The notes beneath the pieces were generated by a model. That model was not told the origin of the DNA, ran no database searches, and was given only the letters and a program-made list of their open reading frames with translations. From the IMG/VR virus record IMGVR_UViG_3300034117_001294, positions 124,001 to 188,000 of that record: 64,000 nucleotides of DNA, one strand, 5' to 3'. Numbering within the stretch: the first letter of the stretch is position 1; every line of letters begins with the position of its first letter. Position numbers and translations under genes: made by a program. Shown here piece after piece: positions 39,309 through 48,241 of this stretch.

Positions 39309-39833
39309 ATGAGATCTGACAACTACGGACAGTTAATATTAAACACAGACGATGCATTTAAGGCATTGTATTCTGGTAAAATCAAAAGTCTTGATAAGAT
39401 TTTATTTGACGATACCGCAGAAATTAAACAATTCAATGCTGCCGTCAAGGAAAACTTTGAACATACTGCCCTTTTAAAGATTTACCAACAACCTGCAGAT
39501 GTTGATTCTGTAGAGCTATTTGACAAAACTAATCAAAGTAATTGGTTTATGCCCGACAATTACTGCCCGGATTTGATACAACAAATTTACGGAATGTGCA
39601 AAACTGACGAACAAAGAGATAGAGTAAGTTCAGAACTAGAACTGTTTATTCAGCATGGCATGCTGGACCTATTGTATTACCTTAAATACTTGGTAGACAC
39701 TATGCGTGAACATCAACTAATTTGGGGTGTAGGCAGAGGCAGTAGTGTGGCCAGTTATGTGCTGTACCTAATAGGTATCCATAAAGTAGATAGTATCAAA
39801 TACAAACTCGATATACATGAGTTTTTAAAATAA
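39309..39833 (+). CDS. stand-alone DnaE (Pol III alpha)-like fragment
   Basis: RVSSELELF...YLKYLVD..RE....WGVGRGSSVASYVLYLIGIHKVD...EFLK*; ends before the PDxDxD catalytic motif. Confidence 0.7.
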   Translation: MRSDNYGQLILNTDDAFKALYSGKIKSLDKILFDDTAEIKQFNAAVKENFEHTALLKIYQQPADVDSVELFDKTNQSNWFMPDNYCPDLIQQIYGMCKTDEQRDRVSSELELFIQHGMLDLLYYLKYLVDTMREHQLIWGVGRGSSVASYVLYLIGIHKVDSIKYKLDIHEFLK

Positions 39834-39843
39834 GGAGTCAAAA

Positions 39844-40062
39844 ATGACACGTAAAGTATATAGAACAATGAAGGGCAAAGAAGTTGACATGGACCAACTT
39901 CTAGAAAAAAATCAACTAATGCCAGCAGTAGGCAATGTGCGAATGAATGCTCGTGGAGATGAATTAGGACCAGGCGGCAGGATTGTTAAGAAGCGTGAAG
40001 ACACTATTAATTCGTATTACGAAAGTAATCCAAACGCCACTATGAATAAAGGTAAAAAATGA
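39844..40062 (+). CDS. hypothetical protein
   Basis: AAGGAG RBS; ORF. Confidence 0.6.
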   Translation: MTRKVYRTMKGKEVDMDQLLEKNQLMPAVGNVRMNARGDELGPGGRIVKKREDTINSYYESNPNATMNKGKK

Positions 40063-40439
40063 AAGTCATAGGAAAGATTGTTCCTATTCGAGACAAGGTA
40101 CTTGTGTCGGACATGAATTTTGACAGTCAGAAAACTTTTTCAGGTATTATCATTCCTAGTGACAACGGTAAGGTGCAAGGCATTCATCCACGATGGGCTA
40201 AGGTCTTTGCAGTCGGTCCTGAACAAAAAGAAGTAAAAGTAGGCGAATGGATTTTAGTAGAGCACGGCCGTTGGACCAGAAGTATCGAATATGAACTTGA
40301 AGATGGCGAGATGATCGAGTTGCGTATGGTAGATAATGCTGCTATACTAATGTCAGCTGACGAAGTTCCTAACGATGCATTATTTGCATTCCAAGTAGGA
40401 GCACCGGCTGAAAATACTTCTAATGTAGGAAAACAATGA
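40059..40439 (+). CDS. groES: GroES-like co-chaperonin
   Basis: PIRDKVLV, SGIIIP mobile loop, VFAVGP..KEVKVGEWIL. Confidence 0.75.
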   Translation: MKVIGKIVPIRDKVLVSDMNFDSQKTFSGIIIPSDNGKVQGIHPRWAKVFAVGPEQKEVKVGEWILVEHGRWTRSIEYELEDGEMIELRMVDNAAILMSADEVPNDALFAFQVGAPAENTSNVGKQ

Positions 40440-40801
40440 CCAACCCATTTCGTGATCAAGAAAAGTTTATGCGGGCCTGTGACCAAACGGTCGAAGAGTT
40501 TAACCAAGAACAATTTAAAATGTATCTCGGATTAATTGAAGAAGAGTATAAAGAACTCAAAGAAGCTATTAATAATCATGATCAATTAGAAACGCTAGAT
40601 GCATTGATTGACATTCTAGTTGTTACTATTGGTACTATTCACAGTGCAGGTTATGATGCCGAAGGTGCATGGAAAGAAGTCATGAACACAAACTTTGCCA
40701 AGATTGACAAAGAAACTGGCAAGGTTCGCAAACGTGAAGATGGTAAGGTTCTCAAGCCAATAGGTTGGACGCCGCCGGATTTAAAACCGTTTGTAAAATA
40801 A
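40436..40801 (+). CDS. MazG-like / PRA-PH-family NTP pyrophosphohydrolase
   Basis: LIEEEYKEL, DALIDILVV, N..K....G....REDGKVLKP. Confidence 0.75.
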   Translation: MTNPFRDQEKFMRACDQTVEEFNQEQFKMYLGLIEEEYKELKEAINNHDQLETLDALIDILVVTIGTIHSAGYDAEGAWKEVMNTNFAKIDKETGKVRKREDGKVLKPIGWTPPDLKPFVK

Positions 40802-40805
40802 CACC

Positions 40806-40830
40806 AAAGGGTCTTGACAGACCCTTTTTT
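40806..40830 (+). terminator. intrinsic terminator whose loop carries a -35 box
   Basis: AAAGGGTCT-TGAC-AGACCCTTT-TTT. Confidence 0.75.
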
Positions 40831-40842
40831 AATCTCTACAAT
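40814..40842 (+). promoter_or_regulatory. sigma70-type promoter
   Basis: TTGACA-17 bp-TACAAT; ATG at 40849. Confidence 0.7.
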
Positions 40843-40848
40843 ATTTGT

Positions 40849-41097
40849 ATGGGATATAAACATTCATACGATATTATCGAAGCCACTAACCAAATACGTG
40901 CTGCGGCACGTGAGTGTAGTAATCCACGCAATGACGGATTTGTTGCCTGGGGTGTTAAACAAGACCTGTATCAACTGAAATGGCAGTTGGACAAATTATT
41001 AAAAGAATGTCCAACATTTAGTCCGGAAGAGGAATGGTTACATGAGCAAGAGCAAAAACGGATCATTAACATCCTTAGCACAGATAAACCTGTATAA
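40849..41097 (+). CDS. hypothetical protein
   Basis: Starts MGYKHSY just after the promoter. Confidence 0.55.
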   Translation: MGYKHSYDIIEATNQIRAAARECSNPRNDGFVAWGVKQDLYQLKWQLDKLLKECPTFSPEEEWLHEQEQKRIINILSTDKPV

Positions 41098-41359
41098 AGA
41101 ATTTACAGATGAACTGCAAAAAGACCCTGCACGGTTAAAAACATTTTTGCGTAAAATTATGGGGCTGCCTCATATTACGTTGGAAGGTAAAGAAAAGGAC
41201 AATGTTTTATTGTTGTTAGCATTAATGGAGCCGTTCAAGGCTACTAACAATCAGCACAGTTTTACAGAGTACTATATAATTGGTGAGACAGAATATCATG
41301 TTACTACCTTCCCTGGAGAAGATGTAATTGTTGACAAAATGTTAAAGGAAGAAGAATGA
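41042..41359 (+). CDS. hypothetical protein
   Basis: ORF in operon; start uncertain. Confidence 0.5.
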   Translation: MSKSKNGSLTSLAQINLYKEFTDELQKDPARLKTFLRKIMGLPHITLEGKEKDNVLLLLALMEPFKATNNQHSFTEYYIIGETEYHVTTFPGEDVIVDKMLKEEE

Positions 41360-41508
41360 AGTGTAATTTTTGTAGGAAAGAAATCGCACCAGATTGCGAC
41401 TATAATCAGGGCCGCTGCCCCTATCGTGAGCCTATGCTGACAAATTATCATTTTAGATTTTACAATCTAATACAAACTATTAAAGGATTTTTCAAACGTG
41501 GAAATTGA
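41356..41508 (+). CDS. small Cys4 protein (50 aa)
   Basis: MKCNFC...DC....GRCP; ATGA-coupled. Confidence 0.5.
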   Translation: MKCNFCRKEIAPDCDYNQGRCPYREPMLTNYHFRFYNLIQTIKGFFKRGN

Positions 41509-41671
41509 AGTACAACCAAAAGATACTAGCAAGGGACATTTTTATGTCAGCATTTGTAAGAGTGCAGTACGTATTGCCGCAGGTGCAGCCCTTATTATGG
41601 GGTCATTAGTTGTGTGCGGTGCTTTGCTTATTCTAGCAGAAATTCTAGGCATTGTTGAGGAAGTGGTATGA
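41498..41671 (+). CDS. small membrane protein (57 aa)
   Basis: GTG start; hydrophobic helices; ends LGIVEEVV. Confidence 0.55.
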   Translation: MEIEVQPKDTSKGHFYVSICKSAVRIAAGAALIMGSLVVCGALLILAEILGIVEEVV

Positions 41672-42126
41672 TCTTCAACAAAATACAAGAACTTAAAAAG
41701 CAAGGAATGAAGATTGGCATTACCTTTAGCCAATTTGATATGTTACATGCAGGACACATTGCCATGTTAAGTGAGGCCCGCAACCATTGCGATTACCTGA
41801 TTGCAGGTTTGCAAAACAATGCCAAGTGGGATCGTCCAGAAAAGAATGAGCCCATTCAAAGTATTGTAGAACGACAAATACAATTGGCTGCAACTCGGTA
41901 CGTGGACGAAATTGTGGTGTATAATACTGAAAAAGACCTTGAAGATCTCTTGCTCATTTTGCCAATTGATGTTAGAATATTAGGTATAGAGTACGAAAAG
42001 AAGGAATTTACTGGTAAAGCTATTTGCTTACAAAGAGGCATTAACTTAGTTTTTAACGGTAGAGATCACAGTTTTAGTTCATCCAGCCTACGCAAACGTG
42101 TGGCAGAAGCAGAAAGTAAAAAATGA
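41668..42126 (+). CDS. cytidylyltransferase (TagD-like HxGH nucleotidyltransferase)
   Basis: FDMLHAGH, CDYLIAGL, YVDEIVVY, SSSSLR. Confidence 0.8.
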   Translation: MIFNKIQELKKQGMKIGITFSQFDMLHAGHIAMLSEARNHCDYLIAGLQNNAKWDRPEKNEPIQSIVERQIQLAATRYVDEIVVYNTEKDLEDLLLILPIDVRILGIEYEKKEFTGKAICLQRGINLVFNGRDHSFSSSSLRKRVAEAESKK

Positions 42127-42971
42127 AGATCCAATTAGCGTCAGATTTACATCTAGAGTTTCATGATTTGAATCTCCAAAACCAAAACGGTGCAGATGTA
42201 CTGGTGCTGTCTGGCGACATTTGCACAGCACAGGATCTTCATGATCATCCTGCGGCTCAGTTTGATCCGTGGAGCCCCGGAGCATTAGAAGACCTTAAAC
42301 GTCAAGCAGGTAAAGCACAAAGATTCCGAGACTTCTTCAAGCGTGTTAGTTTTCAATTCTCTCATGTTATCTACGTGATGGGTAATCACGAACACTATCA
42401 TGGTAAGTTTGATCGTAGTGCAACCTATTTGAGGGACGAATTCACTAGTATGGGTTTGGACAATGTTCATCTGTTAGACAACAACACTAAAGAAATTGAC
42501 GGAGTTCATTTCATTGGGGGAACCTTGTGGACTGACATGAACAATCATGATGCACTTACTTTGTATCATATTGAGAATATGATGAACGACTTCCGAATTA
42601 TTCGCATTGCTAACGAAAACTTTAAAAAGTTCTTGCCCAAGCGAGCAGTAGTTGAACATATTAAGACCAAGCAATACCTTCAAACAGTTATACAAGGACT
42701 ACCTCAAGATGCTAAAGTAGTTGTATGTACACATCATGCACCTACTTTCCTCAGTATCGGAGAGCAGTACAAAGATGACACATTGATGAACGGTGGTTAT
42801 GCAAGTAATCTGAGTGAGTTTATATTAGATCATCCTAGAATCAAAGTATGGACACACGGCCACATGCATCAGAAGTTTGACTATATGGTAGGGGACACTA
42901 GAGTTGTATGCAACCCTAGAGGTTATCCTGGCGAAATAGAATTTGATGATAACTTTATTTTTGAGGTGTAA
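42123..42971 (+). CDS. calcineurin-like metallophosphoesterase
   Basis: SDLHLE, LSGDI, GNHEHY, THHAP, HGHMH, NPRGY. Confidence 0.9.
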   Translation: MKIQLASDLHLEFHDLNLQNQNGADVLVLSGDICTAQDLHDHPAAQFDPWSPGALEDLKRQAGKAQRFRDFFKRVSFQFSHVIYVMGNHEHYHGKFDRSATYLRDEFTSMGLDNVHLLDNNTKEIDGVHFIGGTLWTDMNNHDALTLYHIENMMNDFRIIRIANENFKKFLPKRAVVEHIKTKQYLQTVIQGLPQDAKVVVCTHHAPTFLSIGEQYKDDTLMNGGYASNLSEFILDHPRIKVWTHGHMHQKFDYMVGDTRVVCNPRGYPGEIEFDDNFIFEV

Positions 42972-42972
42972 A

Positions 42973-43434
42973 ATGGGTGATGAAGAACTAGAACCTTATG
43001 AGGTGTTTGCTGAACAAATGGAAACTCGCTTTCCAAAAATGTTCGAAGAAGGATACGGTGGATTTGCCTGCGGTGAAGGCTGGTGGCCTATTCTTGAAGC
43101 ATTGTGTGTTAATATTCAGGGCCATATTGATTGGAAGAATAAGACTCGTGCTCAATTATTAGAAGACAATCCGTATAATCACGATATTCCAGACGAAGTA
43201 GAACAAGTTGTAGTTCGTCAAATTAAAGAAAAATTTGGCGGACTACGTTTCTACTACGATGGTGGTGACGACGAAATTAGCGGAATGGTTAGAATGGCAG
43301 AAAGCTGGGCACAAAGATCTTGCGAAGATTGCGGTTCACCTGCTACTAAACAGACATCGGGTTGGATTAAGAATGTATGTGATAAACATTTTGAAGAATA
43401 CGAAGCTAAACGTAAAGCAAGGTTTGCAGAATGA
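42973..43434 (+). CDS. conserved phage hypothetical protein
   Basis: CGEGWWPIL...QIKEKFGGLRFYY...CEDCG. Confidence 0.6.
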   Translation: MGDEELEPYEVFAEQMETRFPKMFEEGYGGFACGEGWWPILEALCVNIQGHIDWKNKTRAQLLEDNPYNHDIPDEVEQVVVRQIKEKFGGLRFYYDGGDDEISGMVRMAESWAQRSCEDCGSPATKQTSGWIKNVCDKHFEEYEAKRKARFAE

Positions 43435-43583
43435 AATTACTCTGTGACGACTATAAAGAAATATATGTTTGGGTTGACGACCTAAATGAAGACTTAGAAT
43501 TGAGCCCGCATTTTGACTACGAAGAAGACGCAGTTAGGTGGCGGGATAGAATGAAGCAAGAACTACTGAGAGAAAAGAAATGA
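43431..43583 (+). CDS. hypothetical protein (50 aa)
   Basis: ATGA-coupled on both sides. Confidence 0.5.
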   Translation: MKLLCDDYKEIYVWVDDLNEDLELSPHFDYEEDAVRWRDRMKQELLREKK

Positions 43584-44005
43584 AAATCGGATTAAGTTAC
43601 AGCCGGTGTGTCCTGGACATTGTAGAAGGTCGAGTTGGCATAGAAGATGTACTAGTTTTAATTACTCGTACAAATTTTGATCCACGTGATGACGAACAAT
43701 GGGCAGGAATTTGGTCTGGATATTGCTATGGCGGGCTGAGCAATCCCGAATGGAGTGATTACGATTTTCATAGTAAAGATGACGAGGACAAATTCCGTAG
43801 CGTCAGCATTATGCTTTACGCAGATGGCAAGATGCATCAACCTCGACAGTTTGGAGCTCATCCCCGCCGCCGTCCTGAAATTTGGCTAGAAGCAGTCTTG
43901 CCAAGTAGTGAACTGGAAACAAATCCAGCCGCTAAGAAAGCGTGGGATAACTTCCAAGTTATTGCCGGACTTACCAACACTACCTTAGATAAGGAATATC
44001 AATAA
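43580..44005 (+). CDS. hypothetical protein
   Basis: Coupled ORF. Confidence 0.6.
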   Translation: MKIGLSYSRCVLDIVEGRVGIEDVLVLITRTNFDPRDDEQWAGIWSGYCYGGLSNPEWSDYDFHSKDDEDKFRSVSIMLYADGKMHQPRQFGAHPRRRPEIWLEAVLPSSELETNPAAKKAWDNFQVIAGLTNTTLDKEYQ

Positions 44006-44427
44006 TGAACTACGGTGCAGCAATAGCGTCGGCAAAATACGCAGAAGAAACAGATGTAGAGTACAGAATCGAATCTGCACTACAAAAAAAGAAAGTTAAA
44101 AAGCCAGGATTCTTTTCTCGATGGCTCATGAAGAAGTTGGTAGAAGGTGCCGATTTTGAAAAGCGTCAGAATCAAGAACGTGAATCAGCACAGAAAATAA
44201 GTCGATTATCTGGTTCTTTAATTAGTGTAGGCCCTCCAAATATTGATCAGCCAGAACGTGCAATTCAATTCACTGTGTATAATGCTAATGGTGGTAGAGT
44301 TATTGAGACACGCCGCTATGACAAGAAGACAGACCGCAATACAAACGGTTTGTACGTCATTAACAACGATGCAGATTTTGGTAAAGAGATTGATAAGATT
44401 ATTACTATGGAACATTTAAAATCATGA
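44005..44427 (+). CDS. hypothetical protein
   Basis: Coupled ORF. Confidence 0.6.
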   Translation: MNYGAAIASAKYAEETDVEYRIESALQKKKVKKPGFFSRWLMKKLVEGADFEKRQNQERESAQKISRLSGSLISVGPPNIDQPERAIQFTVYNANGGRVIETRRYDKKTDRNTNGLYVINNDADFGKEIDKIITMEHLKS

Positions 44428-45347
44428 GCAAAGAACTCTGGGTAGAAAAATACAGACCAAAGACAGTTGACGGCTATGTGTTCAAAGATGCACAGCAACG
44501 CAGGCAGGTCAATACATGGATTAAGGACAAGAGTATCCCTCATCTGTTGCTCAGTGGTACTGCCGGAATCGGCAAGACTACTATGGCTAAATTATTAATT
44601 AACGAGTTAGGCATTGAAGAATTTGATGTGTTGGAAATCAACGCCAGTCGTACTAACTCAGTTGAAGATGTTCGAGACAAAATCACAAACTTTGTTTCAA
44701 TGATTCCTTTTGGACCTTTTAAAGTTGTACTACTTGATGAAGCAGATTATCTTACACCTAATGCACAAGCTGCCCTCCGCGGAGTTATGGAGCAGTTTGC
44801 TTCGACCGCTCGTTTCATACTTACTTGCAATTATCCTGCTCGTATTATCCCTGCTATCCACAGTAGATGTCAAGGATTCCACATCGACAGAGTCGATCAA
44901 ACCGAGTTCACCGGACGAGTTGCGGTCATCCTGGTAGAAGAGAATATTGAATTTGAATTAGACGATCTTGATACTTTCGTCAAAGCAACATACCCGGACT
45001 TGCGTAAATGTATTAATACCGTACAACAACATGTGCAGGGCGGACAATTAGTTAAGCCAACGTCAGAAACTTCCACTACATCAGATTGGAAGATTGATAT
45101 GGTTGATCTCTTTAAAAAGAAAAAGTTTAAAGAAGCAAGAACACTAGTATGTAGTAAAGCTAGACCTGAGGAGATTGATGAAATCTTTAGATGGCTATAT
45201 GATAACCTAGACTTGTTCAGCACTGACGAAGATACTAAGGATGCTGCTATCCTTATTATCAAACAAGGACTAGTTGACCACACTATTATTGCAGATCCAG
45301 AAATTAATCTGGCAGCAACTATAATTAAATTAGCTAGAATACAATAA
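44424..45347 (+). CDS. sliding-clamp loader AAA+ subunit (RFC/T4 gp44-like)
   Basis: LWVEKYRP, GTAGIGKT, EINAS, LLDEAD, RFILTCN, SRC motif. Confidence 0.9.
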   Translation: MSKELWVEKYRPKTVDGYVFKDAQQRRQVNTWIKDKSIPHLLLSGTAGIGKTTMAKLLINELGIEEFDVLEINASRTNSVEDVRDKITNFVSMIPFGPFKVVLLDEADYLTPNAQAALRGVMEQFASTARFILTCNYPARIIPAIHSRCQGFHIDRVDQTEFTGRVAVILVEENIEFELDDLDTFVKATYPDLRKCINTVQQHVQGGQLVKPTSETSTTSDWKIDMVDLFKKKKFKEARTLVCSKARPEEIDEIFRWLYDNLDLFSTDEDTKDAAILIIKQGLVDHTIIADPEINLAATIIKLARIQ

Positions 45348-45351
45348 AAAA

Positions 45352-45394
45352 ATCAGGTAGTGTGCAGGCCGGATAAACGGTTACACTACCTGAT
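45352..45394. terminator. inverted repeat between convergent genes
   Basis: ATCAGGTAGTGT / ACACTACCTGAT 12-bp arms. Confidence 0.6.
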
Positions 45395-45424
45395 CGTACG
45401 ATTTATGTTTAGCGAATGTGGTGT

Positions 45425-46165
45425 TTATTCGTTATCTGATTCCTTATAGATCTTTAATACTTCTCGAACTACAGGGTGACGTTCAACGTCTTTTGTTTCA
45501 AACCTTGCCATCGCAATCATACGATACTCACCTCCTTGGGCGTATAAACTGCAAAATTCTAGCAAGCCGTTCTCTCTAGGACGGTCCGCTTGATTCAAAT
45601 CTCCTGTGACTACCATGCGACTGCCGTCGCCTAATCTAGTTAATAACATTTTCATCTGTGACGGTGTGGCGTTTTGCATTTCGTCAGCAATGACAAAGGC
45701 GTTCTTAAAGGTTCTGCCTCGCATATAAGCTAACGGCGATATTTCAATCGCTCCATCCTCTAGCATTTCTGCTATTTCTTTTGGATGGTAATACTCTTCA
45801 AATACATCGAAAATGGGCCTTGTCCAAGGTGCCATCTTAGCATTCAAATCACCCGGTAAAAAACCGTGTTCCTCATCTACGCTAACCGCAGGTCTGGTTA
45901 CAATGATCTTACTGATTGCACCCTCTTTAAACAACTTAATGGCCATTTGAACGGCTAGCATAGTTTTACCCGTGCCGGCTGGACCAATAGCAAAAACAAT
46001 GTATTTTCGAGGATTTTTCAGCAGTTCTAAGTATGTTTCCTGCGAAAGATTTCGCGGAACTATATTGACCTGTGTTTTTTTACGCAGATATTGATTCATT
46101 TGAATCAGATTTTGACCTTGTTCGGGACGAGCCATTACTCTTTCCTTACGTTTTGCTCTAGACAA
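45425..46165 (-). CDS. phoH: PhoH-family ATPase
   Basis: GPAGTGKT, TRPAV, GFLPGD...KM.PW..P, YMRGRTF, DEMQN, GD..Q.D; TTG start with AGGAGG. Confidence 0.9.
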   Translation of the reverse strand: MSRAKRKERVMARPEQGQNLIQMNQYLRKKTQVNIVPRNLSQETYLELLKNPRKYIVFAIGPAGTGKTMLAVQMAIKLFKEGAISKIIVTRPAVSVDEEHGFLPGDLNAKMAPWTRPIFDVFEEYYHPKEIAEMLEDGAIEISPLAYMRGRTFKNAFVIADEMQNATPSQMKMLLTRLGDGSRMVVTGDLNQADRPRENGLLEFCSLYAQGGEYRMIAMARFETKDVERHPVVREVLKIYKESDNE

Positions 46166-46248
46166 ATTATGCCTCCTTTGTGAGCGACCTGCATAGATAT
46201 TTACTCAAGAGTATAAAAAAGCTAATCAAATAGGGTTCTTTCGAATCG

Positions 46249-46256
46249 TATAAATA
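46249..46256 (+). promoter_or_regulatory. T4-type late promoter TATAAATA
   Basis: Exact gp55 consensus 18 nt upstream of ATG 46274. The TAAATA core also occurs at 16196, 20712, 20764, 30414, 38448, 48981, 51193, 54621, 55109, 60611 (+) and 20663, 46198 (-), all shortly upstream of genes; the hexamer is AT-rich, so some may be chance. Confidence 0.65.
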
Positions 46257-46273
46257 TTACAAAGAGAACCCCT

Positions 46274-46834
46274 ATGCACGATATTGTAGATATTATTAAA
46301 AACGTACAGACTCTAAGCTCTAACGACACTGCATTTCAAATCCTAAAAGATTTTGAACGTGTAATCGACGAGTTAGATATCTATGTGTTTAAAAACTGGG
46401 AAGACGGTGAACTTATCGAAGGTCCTACTGTAAACAGGTATTCAGTTACCTGCAAGTTTATGTGGCCTCGTGAAGAGATGCCTGATCCTAGTGGCGGCGA
46501 AAGATTGTTAGACTATGGTTGCAAAATCACTTATCAGAAAGACAATCTACTCGTTCCTAGAAAAGTATATAGTCCAGATGATTTTAGACCTAATACTAAA
46601 AAAGGAAAACTAGATGCACATCCTGTTTGGATTGTGACTATCACTATTCCTAAAAAATTAATGCAGGATATCTTCCAAGGATACGAAGATCGAGAGAATA
46701 GTGCGTTGGCAGATTCACTAAAATACGAACAGTTACAGCAGGCAAATCAATCAGCTGTTGCTGGAGGTGGAGAAGAAGCCGCAGCAGGCGGCCAAGTTGC
46801 AGGAGGAGCACCTAATGAAGCACCAGTTGTTTGA
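46274..46834 (+). CDS. hypothetical late protein
   Basis: ORF behind the late promoter. Confidence 0.6.
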   Translation: MHDIVDIIKNVQTLSSNDTAFQILKDFERVIDELDIYVFKNWEDGELIEGPTVNRYSVTCKFMWPREEMPDPSGGERLLDYGCKITYQKDNLLVPRKVYSPDDFRPNTKKGKLDAHPVWIVTITIPKKLMQDIFQGYEDRENSALADSLKYEQLQQANQSAVAGGGEEAAAGGQVAGGAPNEAPVV

Positions 46835-47561
46835 AGGTCTTAGGAGAGGTGATCTGCAAGGATTTGTAGATACAACTTTTACTATTGATCAATATACTAG
46901 CAAGATGGGGCAAGACTCCGATGTACTAGTCTTAGGATTTAAAGTTAACGATAAGCATCCTGCTATCGATTTGATGGAGTTTATTGAAAAGGGCTATCCT
47001 TTTGTACTCGATGCTGACATGAGCAGCGGAGAAGAGAGAGATGGCAAATATCAAGTGTTTGTAGAAATACAAAGAACTAAACATTTGCCTGGACAAATTA
47101 GAGATTTGTTAAGTGGCGTTGGTCAACTGGTCGACAGTGTTGATTGGAGATACCGATACCATAAAGGCGGAAAAAGCAGAGCGTTTAGCGAACAGGCAAT
47201 CCAAGAAGACATTCCGTTGTCTGAAGAAGATTACAAAAATAAAATGCTAGAAATTAAAGGAGACGCTATTAAAGAATTCTTTGATAGAACTCCGTTTGAT
47301 TCTGTAAAAATTGACGAGAATCACAGCGTTACTATTTCTAAGCCATTTTCAGGATCTGTTAATTTAGAACTATTAGCAATGGGGCCGTATCAAGAAATAC
47401 AAGACAGCTTACAAGGTGCTATTCAGTTAGACGAAGCTAGCCAAAGTCAGGTTAATTTTTTAGAAAAATATTTAGGTCCTTACGAAATACATAAAATTAA
47501 TGATAAATTTTTAGTTCGTAATGGAGATACAGCGTTAGTTTTTAAAAAGGAACGATGGTAA
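46815..47561 (+). CDS. hypothetical late protein
   Basis: Likely start MKHQLFEG at 46815. Confidence 0.6.
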   Translation: MKHQLFEGLRRGDLQGFVDTTFTIDQYTSKMGQDSDVLVLGFKVNDKHPAIDLMEFIEKGYPFVLDADMSSGEERDGKYQVFVEIQRTKHLPGQIRDLLSGVGQLVDSVDWRYRYHKGGKSRAFSEQAIQEDIPLSEEDYKNKMLEIKGDAIKEFFDRTPFDSVKIDENHSVTISKPFSGSVNLELLAMGPYQEIQDSLQGAIQLDEASQSQVNFLEKYLGPYEIHKINDKFLVRNGDTALVFKKERW

Positions 47562-47608
47562 TGGATCAAGAAGAATGCCCTAAATGCGGCGGAAAACATA
47601 AGAGGTAA
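47561..47608 (+). CDS. tiny ORF MDQEECPKCGGKHKR
   Basis: TAATG-coupled to the upstream gene; AAGGA upstream; contains the SD of the endolysin. Confidence 0.3.
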   Translation: MDQEECPKCGGKHKR

Positions 47609-47610
47609 TA

Positions 47611-48240
47611 ATGAGCTTTACATTTGATTTTAAAAAAGAACATCTAGAAGAAATGATTCACGGCAATCCGTATGTGGATCAATGGTATGATGCATTATAT
47701 GCAATTTTGCCAGAATACCAGATCAACACACCAGAACGTGTAGCAGCATTTGTTGCTCAATGTGCTCACGAAAGTGGCGGCTTTAGAGCACTTAAAGAAA
47801 ACTTAAACTACCGTGCAGTGACATTAAGGAAAGTATTTCCTAAATATTTCACAAGTGATGAAATGGCCGCACAATACGCTAACAAGCAAGAAGCAATTGC
47901 TAACAGAGTTTATGCGAATCGTATGGGCAACGGTAGCGAAGCAAGCGGAGACGGATTCCGTTATTGTGGTCGTGGATTAATTCAGTTAACTGGTAAAGAA
48001 AACTATTCTTGGTTTGCTGCTAGTTTAGAAATGTCTGTCGAAGAGGTTCCTGAATACTTGGCAACATTTGAAGGTGCTGTACAATCAGCGTGTTGGTTCT
48101 GGGAAAGCACTGGATTGAATAAAGAAGCAGATGCTGGCGATATTAAAACAATGACCAAAAAAATCAACGGCGGTTTTATTGGTTTAGAAGATCGTATTAA
48201 GCATTACAATCACGCATTGCATGTTCTAGGAGCACACTAA
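47611..48240 (+). CDS. GH19 chitinase-like endolysin
   Basis: AAFVAQCAHESGGF..LKENLNY, GRGLIQLTGKENY, SACWFW, TKKINGG..GLEDR. Confidence 0.9.
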   Translation: MSFTFDFKKEHLEEMIHGNPYVDQWYDALYAILPEYQINTPERVAAFVAQCAHESGGFRALKENLNYRAVTLRKVFPKYFTSDEMAAQYANKQEAIANRVYANRMGNGSEASGDGFRYCGRGLIQLTGKENYSWFAASLEMSVEEVPEYLATFEGAVQSACWFWESTGLNKEADAGDIKTMTKKINGGFIGLEDRIKHYNHALHVLGAH

Positions 48241-48241
48241 A

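Noticed and set aside
39309-40062. Split-intein DnaE or a programmed frameshift into the next ORF
   Set aside because: No intein N-terminal motif is visible, and the downstream ORF has its own RBS and no DnaE motifs.
45364-45380. GCAGGCCGGATAAACGG resembling enterobacterial REP elements
   Set aside because: Single copy, short AT/GC match inside a terminator loop, and no matching REP second arm.
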